Of a stretch of 64,000 bases of DNA, positions 18,787 through 28,162 are shown one piece after another; position 1 is the stretch's first letter, and every line of letters begins with the position of its first letter. Made by a program: the position numbers and the translations under genes. The notes under the pieces were generated by a model. That model ran no database searches, had not been told where the DNA came from, and worked only from the letters and a program-made list of their open reading frames with translations. The stretch is from Candidatus Cloacimonadales bacterium. Its GTDB lineage: Bacteria; Cloacimonadota; Cloacimonadia; Cloacimonadales; JAIOQZ01. The stretch covers positions 1,792,001 to 1,856,000 of the forward strand of contig CAXXTU010000002.1 in assembly GCA_963662655.2 (NCBI GenBank), given 5' to 3'.

Positions 18787-20718
18787 TTATCCTATTGAAA
18801 TTTTCTCGACTGTATATGCAAGCGTTTTTTTCGTTTTGGATTGAGTCAGAGCGAAGATCAATGTGAGAGGCCCCACCCTCCCGAGGTACATAAGCAAGAT
18901 GATGATGATCTTTCCGCCAATCGTGAGATCCGCAGTAATGCCCATGGAAAGCCCCACCGTGCCGAAGGCGGAAAAGGCTTCGAAAACAACCTTCCGGAAC
19001 GATTTCTGTTCGCTCCACTGATATTGCGTATCCACTTTTTCATACTGGGCCAAGCGCTGCGGTTCACGCACAATCACCGAATCGGAGATTGCGGCAACCG
19101 AAAGACTTTCCGCAGGAACCATCTCGGCAGGAATCGCCGTTTCCCAAGTCTTTCGTGTTTCGCTTACAACAATCGATTTCGGTGGCGTTGTCTCGAAAAA
19201 AAGGAGCAGGAAGATCATGATCGAGATAAATCCGATCGAAGTGGCGATGAGGGCCAGCACCCGTTTGAGCATCTCGTCCGAGATACGCCGTTTGAATATG
19301 GAAACCCCTTCCCCGCCTTTGATAATGGCAAGAACGGATAGAATAATGATTGCGAAGGTTGTCGTTTTCACGCCGCCACCGGTAGATCCAGGGGACGCAC
19401 CGATGAACATGAGCAGGTTGGTGATGAACACCGAGGAATTACTAAGCTGCGCGTTATCGATTGTGTTGAACCCGGCTGTTCTGGTCGTAACCGACTGGAA
19501 CATCGAGGCAAGTAAGCGCTCCAGGAACGAGAAATCTCGCATGGTGTGATTGTATTCCGATATGAAAAACGCCACAAAGCCGATCAGAATCAAGCAGACT
19601 GTCATAAGCAGAACAAGCTTGGTATGAAGGGTCAATCTCCCCGGATTGTATCGTTGGACTACGTTTCTTCGTAAATCGACCAGTACCGAGAATCCTATAC
19701 CGCCCACAATAATGAGGAACATGGTAATCAGGTTCACCCCAAGCGAACTCTTGAACTGGACCAGGCTGTCGCTGAACAGGCTGAATCCCGCGTTGCAGAA
19801 TGCGGAGATCGAGTGGAATACCGCGTAGTATCCGGCACTGCCGGTGACCAATGGATGTCTGCGGAACATGAAGTAGTAAACCGCTGCCCCGCCCATCTCG
19901 AAGAGCATTGTCACCAGGAAGATATCCTTGATCAGCGTGAGCATATCCAGCCGGTTCGATTCCCCCATCACATCTTTCATCACGTTTTCGCTGCGTTGGG
20001 TGAGTTTTTCACCGAGTAAAATTGCAAAGGCAGTCGATATCGTCATAATTCCCAGGCCGCCGATCTGGATCAGAATCAGGATGATGATCTGCCCGAAGGA
20101 TGTGAAGTATGAACCGGTGTCCTGCACGATGAGGCCGGTTACACAGGTGGCGGATGTCGCTGTGAAAAGTGCGTCGAGGTACGGCGTATCGCTATGGTGG
20201 TTGCTGGATACCGCCCACGGCAACGAAAGCAGGAACGAACCCAGGATAATCACAACGAAGAAGCTGAGCAGGAAAAACACCGGCGGATTCGCGGAAAGTT
20301 TACGGAATATTTTCTCGTTGTAACTAACGTATGCCAGTCCTTTCACGATCATATACGTTTGCCGGCCGATCAGGTAGAGGCTGAAGAACTGGTAGCCTTT
20401 GAATTTCGTAACGATCAACGCCGCAACGATCATCAGATCGATCAGCATCGAGCGAATACGTATCGGCGAGAATCCAATCCCGATCAGCCTTACAGCCATG
20501 AAGCCCACGAAATAGAGCATGGAAGAAACGGAAATGACTCGCGAGAAGAGGAAGAAGGTCTTGTCGTCCGAGAAGTGATAGCTCAGTAGCAGCATCGCCA
20601 GGCTTACAAGCGCAAAGCCATGCAACATCCACTGCATGGTGGATGACAATCTGCCGAAGAAATTGATGAAGCTGCGATATAGCGATTCCGCAGTCTTTGT
20701 CGCTTTGTTTTTACTCAT
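18787..20718 (-). CDS. trkH: TrkH/KtrB potassium uptake membrane subunit with N-terminal TM extension
   Basis: Pore-loop motifs SATCVTGL, SAFCNAGF, RTAGFN, SPGSTGGGVKTTT, SAFGTVGLS. Confidence 0.93.
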   Translation of the reverse strand: MSKNKATKTAESLYRSFINFFGRLSSTMQWMLHGFALVSLAMLLLSYHFSDDKTFFLFSRVISVSSMLYFVGFMAVRLIGIGFSPIRIRSMLIDLMIVAALIVTKFKGYQFFSLYLIGRQTYMIVKGLAYVSYNEKIFRKLSANPPVFFLLSFFVVIILGSFLLSLPWAVSSNHHSDTPYLDALFTATSATCVTGLIVQDTGSYFTSFGQIIILILIQIGGLGIMTISTAFAILLGEKLTQRSENVMKDVMGESNRLDMLTLIKDIFLVTMLFEMGGAAVYYFMFRRHPLVTGSAGYYAVFHSISAFCNAGFSLFSDSLVQFKSSLGVNLITMFLIIVGGIGFSVLVDLRRNVVQRYNPGRLTLHTKLVLLMTVCLILIGFVAFFISEYNHTMRDFSFLERLLASMFQSVTTRTAGFNTIDNAQLSNSSVFITNLLMFIGASPGSTGGGVKTTTFAIIILSVLAIIKGGEGVSIFKRRISDEMLKRVLALIATSIGFISIMIFLLLFFETTPPKSIVVSETRKTWETAIPAEMVPAESLSVAAISDSVIVREPQRLAQYEKVDTQYQWSEQKSFRKVVFEAFSAFGTVGLSMGITADLTIGGKIIIILLMYLGRVGPLTLIFALTQSKTKKTLAYTVEKISIG

Positions 20719-21363
20719 TCAGGATAAGTTGATGTGACGTTCGTTTAGAACCCTCACGACCTCTCTGTGAATTACATCGGGTTTCTGGTCGGCGTCGATG
20801 GTTCGTAGTTTGCCCTGGTTGCGGAAATACTCGATCGCCAGATCGGTTTGTTTATGGAAATCATTTATTCGCTTCTGAATCGCCTCTTCGTTGTCGTCGC
20901 TACGCATGACGAGTTTTCCGCCACAGTGATCGCAGATTCCTTCCTGCTTCGGTTTGCGGAAAAGCACGTTGAAATCGGAGTGGCAGTTGACACATATACG
21001 CCGAGCAAGGAGCCGTTCCATCGATTTCTCGTCCGAAAGCACGAACAGAATCGCCAGATCGATGGGATAGTGCTCGTTCAGGAATTCGGCTTGCGCCATA
21101 TTGCGCGGAAAACCGTCGAGAACAAACCCCTTCGGGCATGCAGCCATTTTCTTATCGATAACATCAAAAACGATTTCATCCGGCACCAGCAGTCCGTTTT
21201 CGATGAAGTACTTCACTTTCATGCCGGTTTCCGTATCGTGCTTGATATGCCAGCGAAACTCGTTTCCAACGTTGATATGGAAAAGCTCGAAGCGCTCTTG
21301 CATCAACTCGGCCTGGGTTCCCTTACCACTTCCCTGGATACCCATAAATACCAGATCGACCAT
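20719..21363 (-). CDS. adk: Adenylate kinase (Zn-lid type)
   Basis: GIQGSGKGTQA, LVPD, LDGFPRN, CxxC...CxxC lid, RSDD. Confidence 0.93.
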   Translation of the reverse strand: MVDLVFMGIQGSGKGTQAELMQERFELFHINVGNEFRWHIKHDTETGMKVKYFIENGLLVPDEIVFDVIDKKMAACPKGFVLDGFPRNMAQAEFLNEHYPIDLAILFVLSDEKSMERLLARRICVNCHSDFNVLFRKPKQEGICDHCGGKLVMRSDDNEEAIQKRINDFHKQTDLAIEYFRNQGKLRTIDADQKPDVIHREVVRVLNERHINLS

Positions 21364-21550
21364 GGATCCTCCCTTGAAAGATTCACATGAACTTTCTCAA
21401 AGTGTAATTTGATGACATTCGGATAATAAGTCAAGTTTTCTGAGCGAATATACAGAATATATCCCTGAGCGACAATGTTTCCACTGCTTGAATATACTTG
21501 TTTTCCCTCCAACTTCTCAAGCCAGTTCGAAGCCCCGGAGAGGGCGCGGA

Positions 21551-21671
21551 TTCCCGCGCCGGGGGGCGGCGCCGCAAGCCCGTATGGGCTTGCGGCCTGC
21601 TTTTGAAATGCCTTCAGCAAGGCATTTCAAAAGCAGGTTAGTGCGCTACGCGCACGCGCCGCCCCCGGCGC
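21551..21671 (+). repeat. Four-way-junction palindromic element, copy 3
   Basis: ttccc then P1 gcgccggggggcggcgc/gcgccgcccccggcgc; P2 cgcaagccc-gtat-gggcttgcg; P3 19-bp perfect stem cctgcttttgaaatgcctt; P4 gtgcgc-tac-gcgcac. Confidence 0.85.
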
Positions 21672-21790
21672 TGAGCTGGGCACCAATCTTCCTATTCCCT
21701 TACTCCGCGAGCAGAGAAAAGATAAGAAAAAAACTGCTTGCCATGAGCACTGTTTGCCGAAATACTATCCTCAAGCACACGGAGGTAAGA

Positions 21791-22213
21791 ATGGAAAGTC
21801 AAATCATCGAGTCGACCCACATCCTGCGGTTGGACCCGGGGGAAGAGATCGTGACGTCTCTCATTGACTATTGCGAGGAGCAGGGAATCCAAAGCGGACT
21901 CGTTACGGCAATCGGCGCGGTTAACGATGTGACGATCGGGCTCTTCGATCCAGATACAAAGGAGTACGCTTCGGAGCGGAAGAAGGGTAACTTCGAGATC
22001 GTCGCCCTCACGGGCAATATCGCGACCAAGGACGGCGAGGTCTACGCTCATCTGCATATCGGTTTTGGCGACGACCAACATGCTATGTACGGCGGTCACC
22101 TGAATCAAGCTTTCGTCAGCGCAACCTGCGAAATCTACCTTCTGGCATTGAAGGACAAGGTTGAGCGTTTCTACAGCAGTGAAATCGGTTTGAATCTGCT
22201 AAAACTCAAATAA
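21791..22213 (+). CDS. PPC/DUF296 domain putative DNA-binding protein
   Basis: RLDPGEE, AIGA, EIVALTGN, HLHIG...GGHL...TCEI; GGAGGT upstream of ATG 21791. Confidence 0.9.
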   Translation: MESQIIESTHILRLDPGEEIVTSLIDYCEEQGIQSGLVTAIGAVNDVTIGLFDPDTKEYASERKKGNFEIVALTGNIATKDGEVYAHLHIGFGDDQHAMYGGHLNQAFVSATCEIYLLALKDKVERFYSSEIGLNLLKLK

Positions 22214-22222
22214 GGAAATCAC

Positions 22223-22417
22223 ATGAAAAAAGACTGGAAGAATCTTCTTATCGGCTTCCTGGGAGCCTGCCTCCTCTTCGCGCTCATCGGAAGCAGCCAG
22301 GGTGGAAACACGGGCAAGTACCAGGTTTCCGCCGTTCAAACAAAGCAATACCCCGCCTACATCATTATCGACACTGAAACCGGAGACATCGTCAAGACAG
22401 GATATTTCGGGAATTAG
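22223..22417 (+). CDS. Small exported/membrane-anchored hypothetical protein (64 aa)
   Basis: AAGGA upstream; hydrophobic N-terminus; GKYQ...IDTETG. Confidence 0.65.
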   Translation: MKKDWKNLLIGFLGACLLFALIGSSQGGNTGKYQVSAVQTKQYPAYIIIDTETGDIVKTGYFGN

Positions 22418-22426
22418 GCCAATCCC

Positions 22427-24744
22427 TTGATCCGCATTGCCGTACGCTCGCTGATCGAATTCGTTCTGCGTTCGGGCGATTACCGTTGCGAATTCACATC
22501 GCCTGCGCGTCCTCTGGAAGGTGCACGTGGACATCGTCGTGTCCAGAAATCGAGACCGGAACATTACCGTAGCGAAGTGGCGTTCAAGCACACGTTCAGC
22601 GTCGAAGACCTCGAGATTCAGCTTCAAGGTCGCATCGACGGCATTTTCGACGAGGAAAGCGGTCCCGTCATTGACGAGATTAAAACAACCTACGGCGAGC
22701 TTACCCACGACGGCCACGACATGCACTGGGCGCAGGCGAAATTCTACGCCTGGATCATCCTGCTCGAGCAGAATCTCGACCGGATCGACGTCCAGCTAAC
22801 CTACCTGCAACTCGAATCGAACGAAATCCGGGAAATACGCAAAACGTTCTCCGCCGGGGAACTACAGGATTTCTACCGACCTGTCCTCGAGAGCTATGCT
22901 GAGTGGGCTCGCCTACGCTCCCATTGGGAAAACCTCAGAGAGGAATCGGCGATGGCGATCGAGTTCCCGTTCGGTGATTACCGGAAAGGTCAGCGCGAGC
23001 TGGCGGTAGCGGTATGGAAAGCGATCGATGCGAAGAACAAGCTGTACATTCAAGCCCCGACCGGCATCGGAAAAACCATCGGCACCATCTTCCCCGCCGT
23101 AAAAGCTTCCTCATCGTTCGCAAAGCTGTTCTACCTCACGGCCAAAACAACCGGCAGAGCTGTCGCCGAGAAGGCGTTCGCTCTTCTGAGAGATAACGGT
23201 CTGCGCTACAAAACCCTTACCCTTACAGCCAAAGAGAAAATCTGCTTCATGCCCGGCGCGGCTTGCATACCGGAAGAATGCCCTTTCACCGTCGGTTACT
23301 ACGACCGCCTGCGGGGCGCGGTTGAGGACGCTCATCTCTTCGACAACCTGGATCGCCAAACCGTCGAAGAGCTTGCGAAGAAGCATCGAATCTGCCCGTT
23401 CGAGTTCTCGCTGGAGCTCTCCCTGTGGGCGGACGCGGTCATCTGCGACTACAACTACGTGTTCGATCCGAGAGTATACCTCCGAAGATTCTTTCAAGAC
23501 ACCGCAGAGCCATACGTGTTTCTGGTGGACGAGGCCCACAACCTGCCTGATCGTGCGCGAAGCATGTTCTCCGCCTCACTCTCCAAGAAAGACACATTAC
23601 AGCTCTCGCGCACCTGCAAGGATTATGCCCCGCAGTTAACAACTCCTCTCAAGAACCTGAACAAAATCCTGATCGATAAACGAAAGCAGGCCGAAGCAAT
23701 CAAGCAAGAAGCCTTCACGGGAGAATGAAGCCCCAGCGGAGATCGTCACCCTCGTGAAGAAATACATCGCAGAGGCGGAGAAATGGTTGGCAATAAATCC
23801 GAAAGTCGGATGGCAAGCAGGAGATACTCGACTTCTATTTCCACTGCCTCGCGTTCGTGAGGACATCCGAGTTCTTCGATGAGCGCTACGTCACGCTTTA
23901 CGAGAAGCAGCGCGACGAGCTGATCGTCAACCTGTTCTGCATGGACCCGTCGTACCTGCTCGGACTCGCCTTCGAAAAGAGCGTCTCGTCGATCGTATTC
24001 TCCGCCACGCTGACTCCGCTTGATTACTACATGGACATCCTCGCTGCCAAGCCGGAAGACGGCTCCCTGCTCCTCGAGTCGCCCTTCCCGGGAAGAAATG
24101 TGGCTGTTTTAATTGCGAACAGAATCCCGACCACCTATAAGCAACGGGAAAACTCGGCGATGGAAGTCGCCCAAATGATCCATGCCGCCGTGAACAGCCG
24201 GAAAGGCAATTACATCGTCTACTTCCCATCCTATCGCTATATGCGGCAGGTGCTGGATTTCATCAACCTCCCGGAAACCGAGATCATCGTCCAGGAATCG
24301 GGAACCACCGAAGAAGAGCGAGATGTTTTCCTCGCCAAATTCTCCAGCGCGAACGAAAAGACGCACGTTGGATTCTGCGTTATGGGTGGCGTGTTTGGAG
24401 AAGGGATCGACCTGGTCGGAGACCGCCTTATCGGCGCAATAATCGTCGGCGTCGGATTGCCGCAAATCAATCCGAGGCTCGACTTGATTCGCGACTACTA
24501 CAACCATCTCGAAGGCTCGGGATTTCAATACGCTTACATGTTCCCCGGCATGGGGAGAGTCCTGCAGGCCGCCGGCAGGGTCATCCGCACCCCGGAAGAC
24601 AAAGGCATGATCTTTCTCATCGACGAACGCTTCGCCCACCAACGCTACCTGCAACTCTTCCCGGAACTTTGGCGAAACTGGCGTCCCATTGGAAAACCGG
24701 AAGAAGCGGAAAGACTACTGAATGGATTCTGGGAAAGAGTCTGA
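22427..24744 (+). CDS. PD-(D/E)xK (Cas4-like) nuclease fused to a Rad3/XPD/DinG Fe-S helicase; split by two +1 frameshifts near 23720 and 23808
   Basis: GRIDG..IDEIKT..HWAQ..Y nuclease; APTGIGKT, four-Cys Fe-S motif, DEAHNL, SATL, EGID, QAAGRVIR; removing one G at each site restores one ORF. Confidence 0.85.
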
Positions 24745-24751
24745 AACAAGA

Positions 24752-24880
24752 GGACGCGAGCAGATTGGTTCGATCCTCTCTTCAGCGTGGTGCTTCACAG
24801 CGTAGTGTTCAATTTCCAATTCCTTACGGAGCTGTGGTATATCCACGGTGAAGAGAGGATCGGGCGAAGATGCCGCGTCC
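24752..24880. other. Long imperfect hairpin between convergent genes
   Basis: Nested pairs ggacgcg/cgcgtcc, cgatcctctcttca/tgaagagaggatcg (14 bp), cgtgg/ccacg, cacagc/gctgtg. Confidence 0.6.
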
Positions 24881-24898
24881 GTCACGGTTGTATGACAA

Positions 24899-25634
24899 TC
24901 AGTGCTGTACGGTTCCTGAATAAAAAGGCTGAATCATGCCGTTCTCCAGACGAAGAAGCAGGCGCTCCCTCCCGGTTGACTCCCGCAACTTCGCCTTCGA
25001 ATCGCTTGAACGGGGTCTCCAGGACAATTCGTTTCCCCTTCAGGAAGCAGTTCTCACGATAGATCGGCAGAAAGTACTCCCACCCGTTTTCAATAAACGC
25101 CGGCAACGATGCTGCAAAGCGATCGAACACGGCCTTCATGATCTCGATTAAATCTCTTTCACGGCCGGTCTCAGCCACGATCGATGAAGCGATTCCCGAT
25201 AAATCCTGGGGAAACTCCCGATTGTTTACATTGATTCCAATTCCCACCAGATGGTAATGCTGAAACGAGAGATGCTCCGTGTGAATACCGCATATCTTCT
25301 TATCATTCAGCATGATGTCGTTGGGCCATTTGATACGTGTATCAGCATCACACAAAACCTGCTTCAAGGCCTGAAGAACACACACGCCGGTAAATAACGT
25401 GAAATTCGAGGCGGCTTCAAGATTCAATAATCCCATCGTCATCCATATCCCACCGGGCGGTGAGAACCATGCGTTACCTTTTCTTCCTTTACCGGAAGAC
25501 TGCTCGTCGGCATACACCAGGAAATTGCCCGTAATCATCCGGTTTCGCACCATGCTCTCGGCTTTCGAGGTCGTGCTTCCGATACGCTTCAGATGATAGA
25601 TTTCATCGAAAAAGGGATGTTCGAAATCACTCAT
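24899..25634 (-). CDS. birA: Biotin-protein ligase (no HTH) with a frameshift near 24961
   Basis: QSSGKGRKGNAWFSP, KWPND, KICGI, GIGINV; removing one base gives the expected tail GALLLRLENGMIQPFYSG. Confidence 0.88.
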
Positions 25635-25642
25635 GATATTCC

Positions 25643-26722
25643 TCACAGAATCAACATCGCATCGCCGTAACTGAAGAAGCGGTATTTCATTTCCACTGCC
25701 TCGTGATAGGCTTTCATGATGTTATCGTACCCTGCAAACGCGGAAACCAGCATCAGCAGCGTTGAGCCCGGCATGTGGAAGTTGGTGATCATCCCGTCGG
25801 GAATTGTCACCTGCTTCCCGGGATACACGAACAAGTCCGTCCACTTCTCTCCGGATTGTAGTTCTCCTGCCGAAGAGAAAGACTCCAGCGTCCGCATGCT
25901 TGTGGTGCCAACCGCCAGGGCGCGACGCCCATCGCGCTTCGCGCGATTGACCGCATCCGCGGTCTGCGGCGGGACGATGCAGAATTCCGAGTGCATCCGG
26001 TGCAGCCGAATATCCTCGGTGCGAACCGGCCGGAAGGTTCCCAAGCCCACATGCAGGATCACCTCGGTAAACTGGACGCCCTTGCACCGGAGCGAGCCCA
26101 TCAATTCGGGTGTGAAATGAAGTCCCGCCGTGGGCGCCGCTACCGACCCACGCTGCTCGGAGTAGACAGTCTGGTAGGTAAGCTGGTCTTTCTCTTCGGC
26201 CTCACGCTCGATATACGGAGGTAACGGCATCTTACCATACCGCCCCAGCTTCTCCCAGAAATCGCCCGTAACCTCGAAATCGACAACACGATTCCGTTCG
26301 TCGTTACGATCTCCAACCACAGCCTCAAATCCCTCGCCGATCAGTATCCTAGTTCCGCCTTTGATTCGGGCCGATGGCCGAACCATGCACTCCCATCGAG
26401 TGCCTTCCAGATGGTTGAGCAGGAAAATCTCCACCTGACCGCCGGACGTTTTCTTCCCGAAGATTCGCGCGGGAATCACCTTGGTCCTGTTGATAATCAG
26501 CAAATCGCCGTCCTGAAGAACATCGACGATATTCGAAAACTTCGTGTGAGCGATTGCACCACTGCTGCGATTCAGGTGCAGCATCCGTGAATCGCTACGG
26601 TTCTCGAGCGGATACTGCGCGATCAATGACTTGGGTAAATCGTATTCGTAGCTGGATCGTCTGTATTGAAACGGGATGCCCGGATCAGTATCCTGTGTTT
26701 TTTGCGTCTTCGAGAATTGCAT
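25643..26722 (-). CDS. queA: S-adenosylmethionine:tRNA ribosyltransferase-isomerase
   Basis: LIAQYP, PLPPYI, YQTVY, GSVAAPTAGLHF, LHVGLGTF, TNFH, YRFFSYGDAM. Confidence 0.96.
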   Translation of the reverse strand: MQFSKTQKTQDTDPGIPFQYRRSSYEYDLPKSLIAQYPLENRSDSRMLHLNRSSGAIAHTKFSNIVDVLQDGDLLIINRTKVIPARIFGKKTSGGQVEIFLLNHLEGTRWECMVRPSARIKGGTRILIGEGFEAVVGDRNDERNRVVDFEVTGDFWEKLGRYGKMPLPPYIEREAEEKDQLTYQTVYSEQRGSVAAPTAGLHFTPELMGSLRCKGVQFTEVILHVGLGTFRPVRTEDIRLHRMHSEFCIVPPQTADAVNRAKRDGRRALAVGTTSMRTLESFSSAGELQSGEKWTDLFVYPGKQVTIPDGMITNFHMPGSTLLMLVSAFAGYDNIMKAYHEAVEMKYRFFSYGDAMLIL

Positions 26723-27434
26723 AAAAATTCCACATACCTATTTTACTTCTTACCTGAACGGGAATCTTGAACGCGTCGTCCGTAAGCCAGATTTCAATCC
26801 TTCCCGATTGCTTGAAAATCGCGTCGCCTTCCAGAAGCGGCTCGATGAGGATGCACTGCTTCTCGCCGAACATCGTATCGATCGTTTCGTACTTGTGCAC
26901 CTGCACGGTAGCTCGATAGCTCCTGCCGTCAGCCACCACATTCACATACAGCGTGTCGCCCGGCACGAAATCCTTCATCCGCACCCAATACAGCGAGCTC
27001 AGGATATCCTGTGTGTCTTCTGGCATCTCCATCCGCTGCTCCTTCATCGTCTGTTTCTTGAAGTCGTAGCGATTGTAAATGGTGAATCCCTGCTCCGGGT
27101 AGTAGAAATGGATTCTGAGTTGCCGGTACGATCCCTCGTGAAGGTTCTTGCTGAACTTGTGCGTTACCTGCGTACGTGCGTCCCACACCGACGTAATCTC
27201 GTCCCGTACCTTGTAGAATGTGTCGAAGAACGAATTCGTTCGCGCCTTCGAAACAATCTCGAATACAGGAATCGTATCCTGCAACGTCGATTCGCTGAAG
27301 GTGATGTCGGCCTTTCCAGCGCTTATCCCAGCATACTTGACGTTGAATGTCAGCTTCTCGCCCGGCGTTACCGCAGCGAGCACGCTCGCCGCAAGGCACA
27401 GAAAGAGAATCGCGTATATCGTTTTATTCATCAT
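26685..27434 (-). CDS. DUF3108-like exported protein
   Basis: Signal peptide, GEKLTF..Y.GI.AG, FYKVRD, QDILS..Y, IWLTDD..KIPV. Confidence 0.75.
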   Translation of the reverse strand: MMNKTIYAILFLCLAASVLAAVTPGEKLTFNVKYAGISAGKADITFSESTLQDTIPVFEIVSKARTNSFFDTFYKVRDEITSVWDARTQVTHKFSKNLHEGSYRQLRIHFYYPEQGFTIYNRYDFKKQTMKEQRMEMPEDTQDILSSLYWVRMKDFVPGDTLYVNVVADGRSYRATVQVHKYETIDTMFGEKQCILIEPLLEGDAIFKQSGRIEIWLTDDAFKIPVQVRSKIGMWNFYAILEDAKNTGY

Positions 27435-27442
27435 TGTTTGGA

Positions 27443-28162
27443 TCAGACCTTCCCGCCCGTCAGATAAAATTCCTCACCGGACAGATACGTGTTTTCTTCT
27501 GAAACCAGAAACTTGCAGATTCCATACGAATCTTCCACCTTCGCAAGCCGCCCCTGCGGAATGCGTGAAAGCTGCCTGCGATAATACTCTTCCCGGAAAA
27601 GCCTATACATTCCCGAGAAGTGCGTGTCGTCTATTTCAACGGGCCCGGGCGACACAACGTTACACAGAACGTTCCGCTCCTCGAGCGCTATCGTGCGGCA
27701 CATATTGCTTATCGCGGCCTTGGAAGCGGCATACGCGCTGCCGTTCATCAATCCGATCCGGCTTACATCCGAACCAAAGAACACAATCCTCCCCGGCTCC
27801 GCTTTTCTCAGTGCCGGCAAGAATGCCTTGAGAACGTTGTAAGCGCCCATCACATTCGTGTTGAGGGTCGCGCGCCAATGCCCGGGATCCGTTTCTGCCA
27901 GCGGCATGAAATCCGTGCTTCTGACCGACGCCGTATGGATCAGCGCATCCAGCTTACCAGAGTGCGATTGTGCATACGACTGCACTGCTTCCCAGTCAGT
28001 CAAATCGATCCGGAGAATCTCCACCGCGTCGCTTTCGCCAAGCGATTCGATCCGATCGCTTTTTCGATGGCACCACAGGATCAGCCTGTGACCATCCTCC
28101 AGGAATTTTCGGGCAAGATACGAACCGATGTTGCCGTTCGCTCCCGTTATCAAGATCGTCAT
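27443..28162 (-). CDS. Short-chain dehydrogenase/reductase
   Basis: ITGANGNIG, YAASK, NVVSPG. Confidence 0.92.
   Translation of the reverse strand: MTILITGANGNIGSYLARKFLEDGHRLILWCHRKSDRIESLGESDAVEILRIDLTDWEAVQSYAQSHSGKLDALIHTASVRSTDFMPLAETDPGHWRATLNTNVMGAYNVLKAFLPALRKAEPGRIVFFGSDVSRIGLMNGSAYAASKAAISNMCRTIALEERNVLCNVVSPGPVEIDDTHFSGMYRLFREEYYRRQLSRIPQGRLAKVEDSYGICKFLVSEENTYLSGEEFYLTGGKV

Noticed and set aside
21488..21790. N-terminal extension of the DUF296 ORF, and ORFs 10299-10613 and 15985-16203
   Set aside because: These are translations of the GC-rich palindromic elements; the real start with GGAGGT is at 21791
23726..23728. TGA read-through (selenocysteine) in the helicase
   Set aside because: The downstream helicase sequence is in a different frame; two single-base insertions explain it
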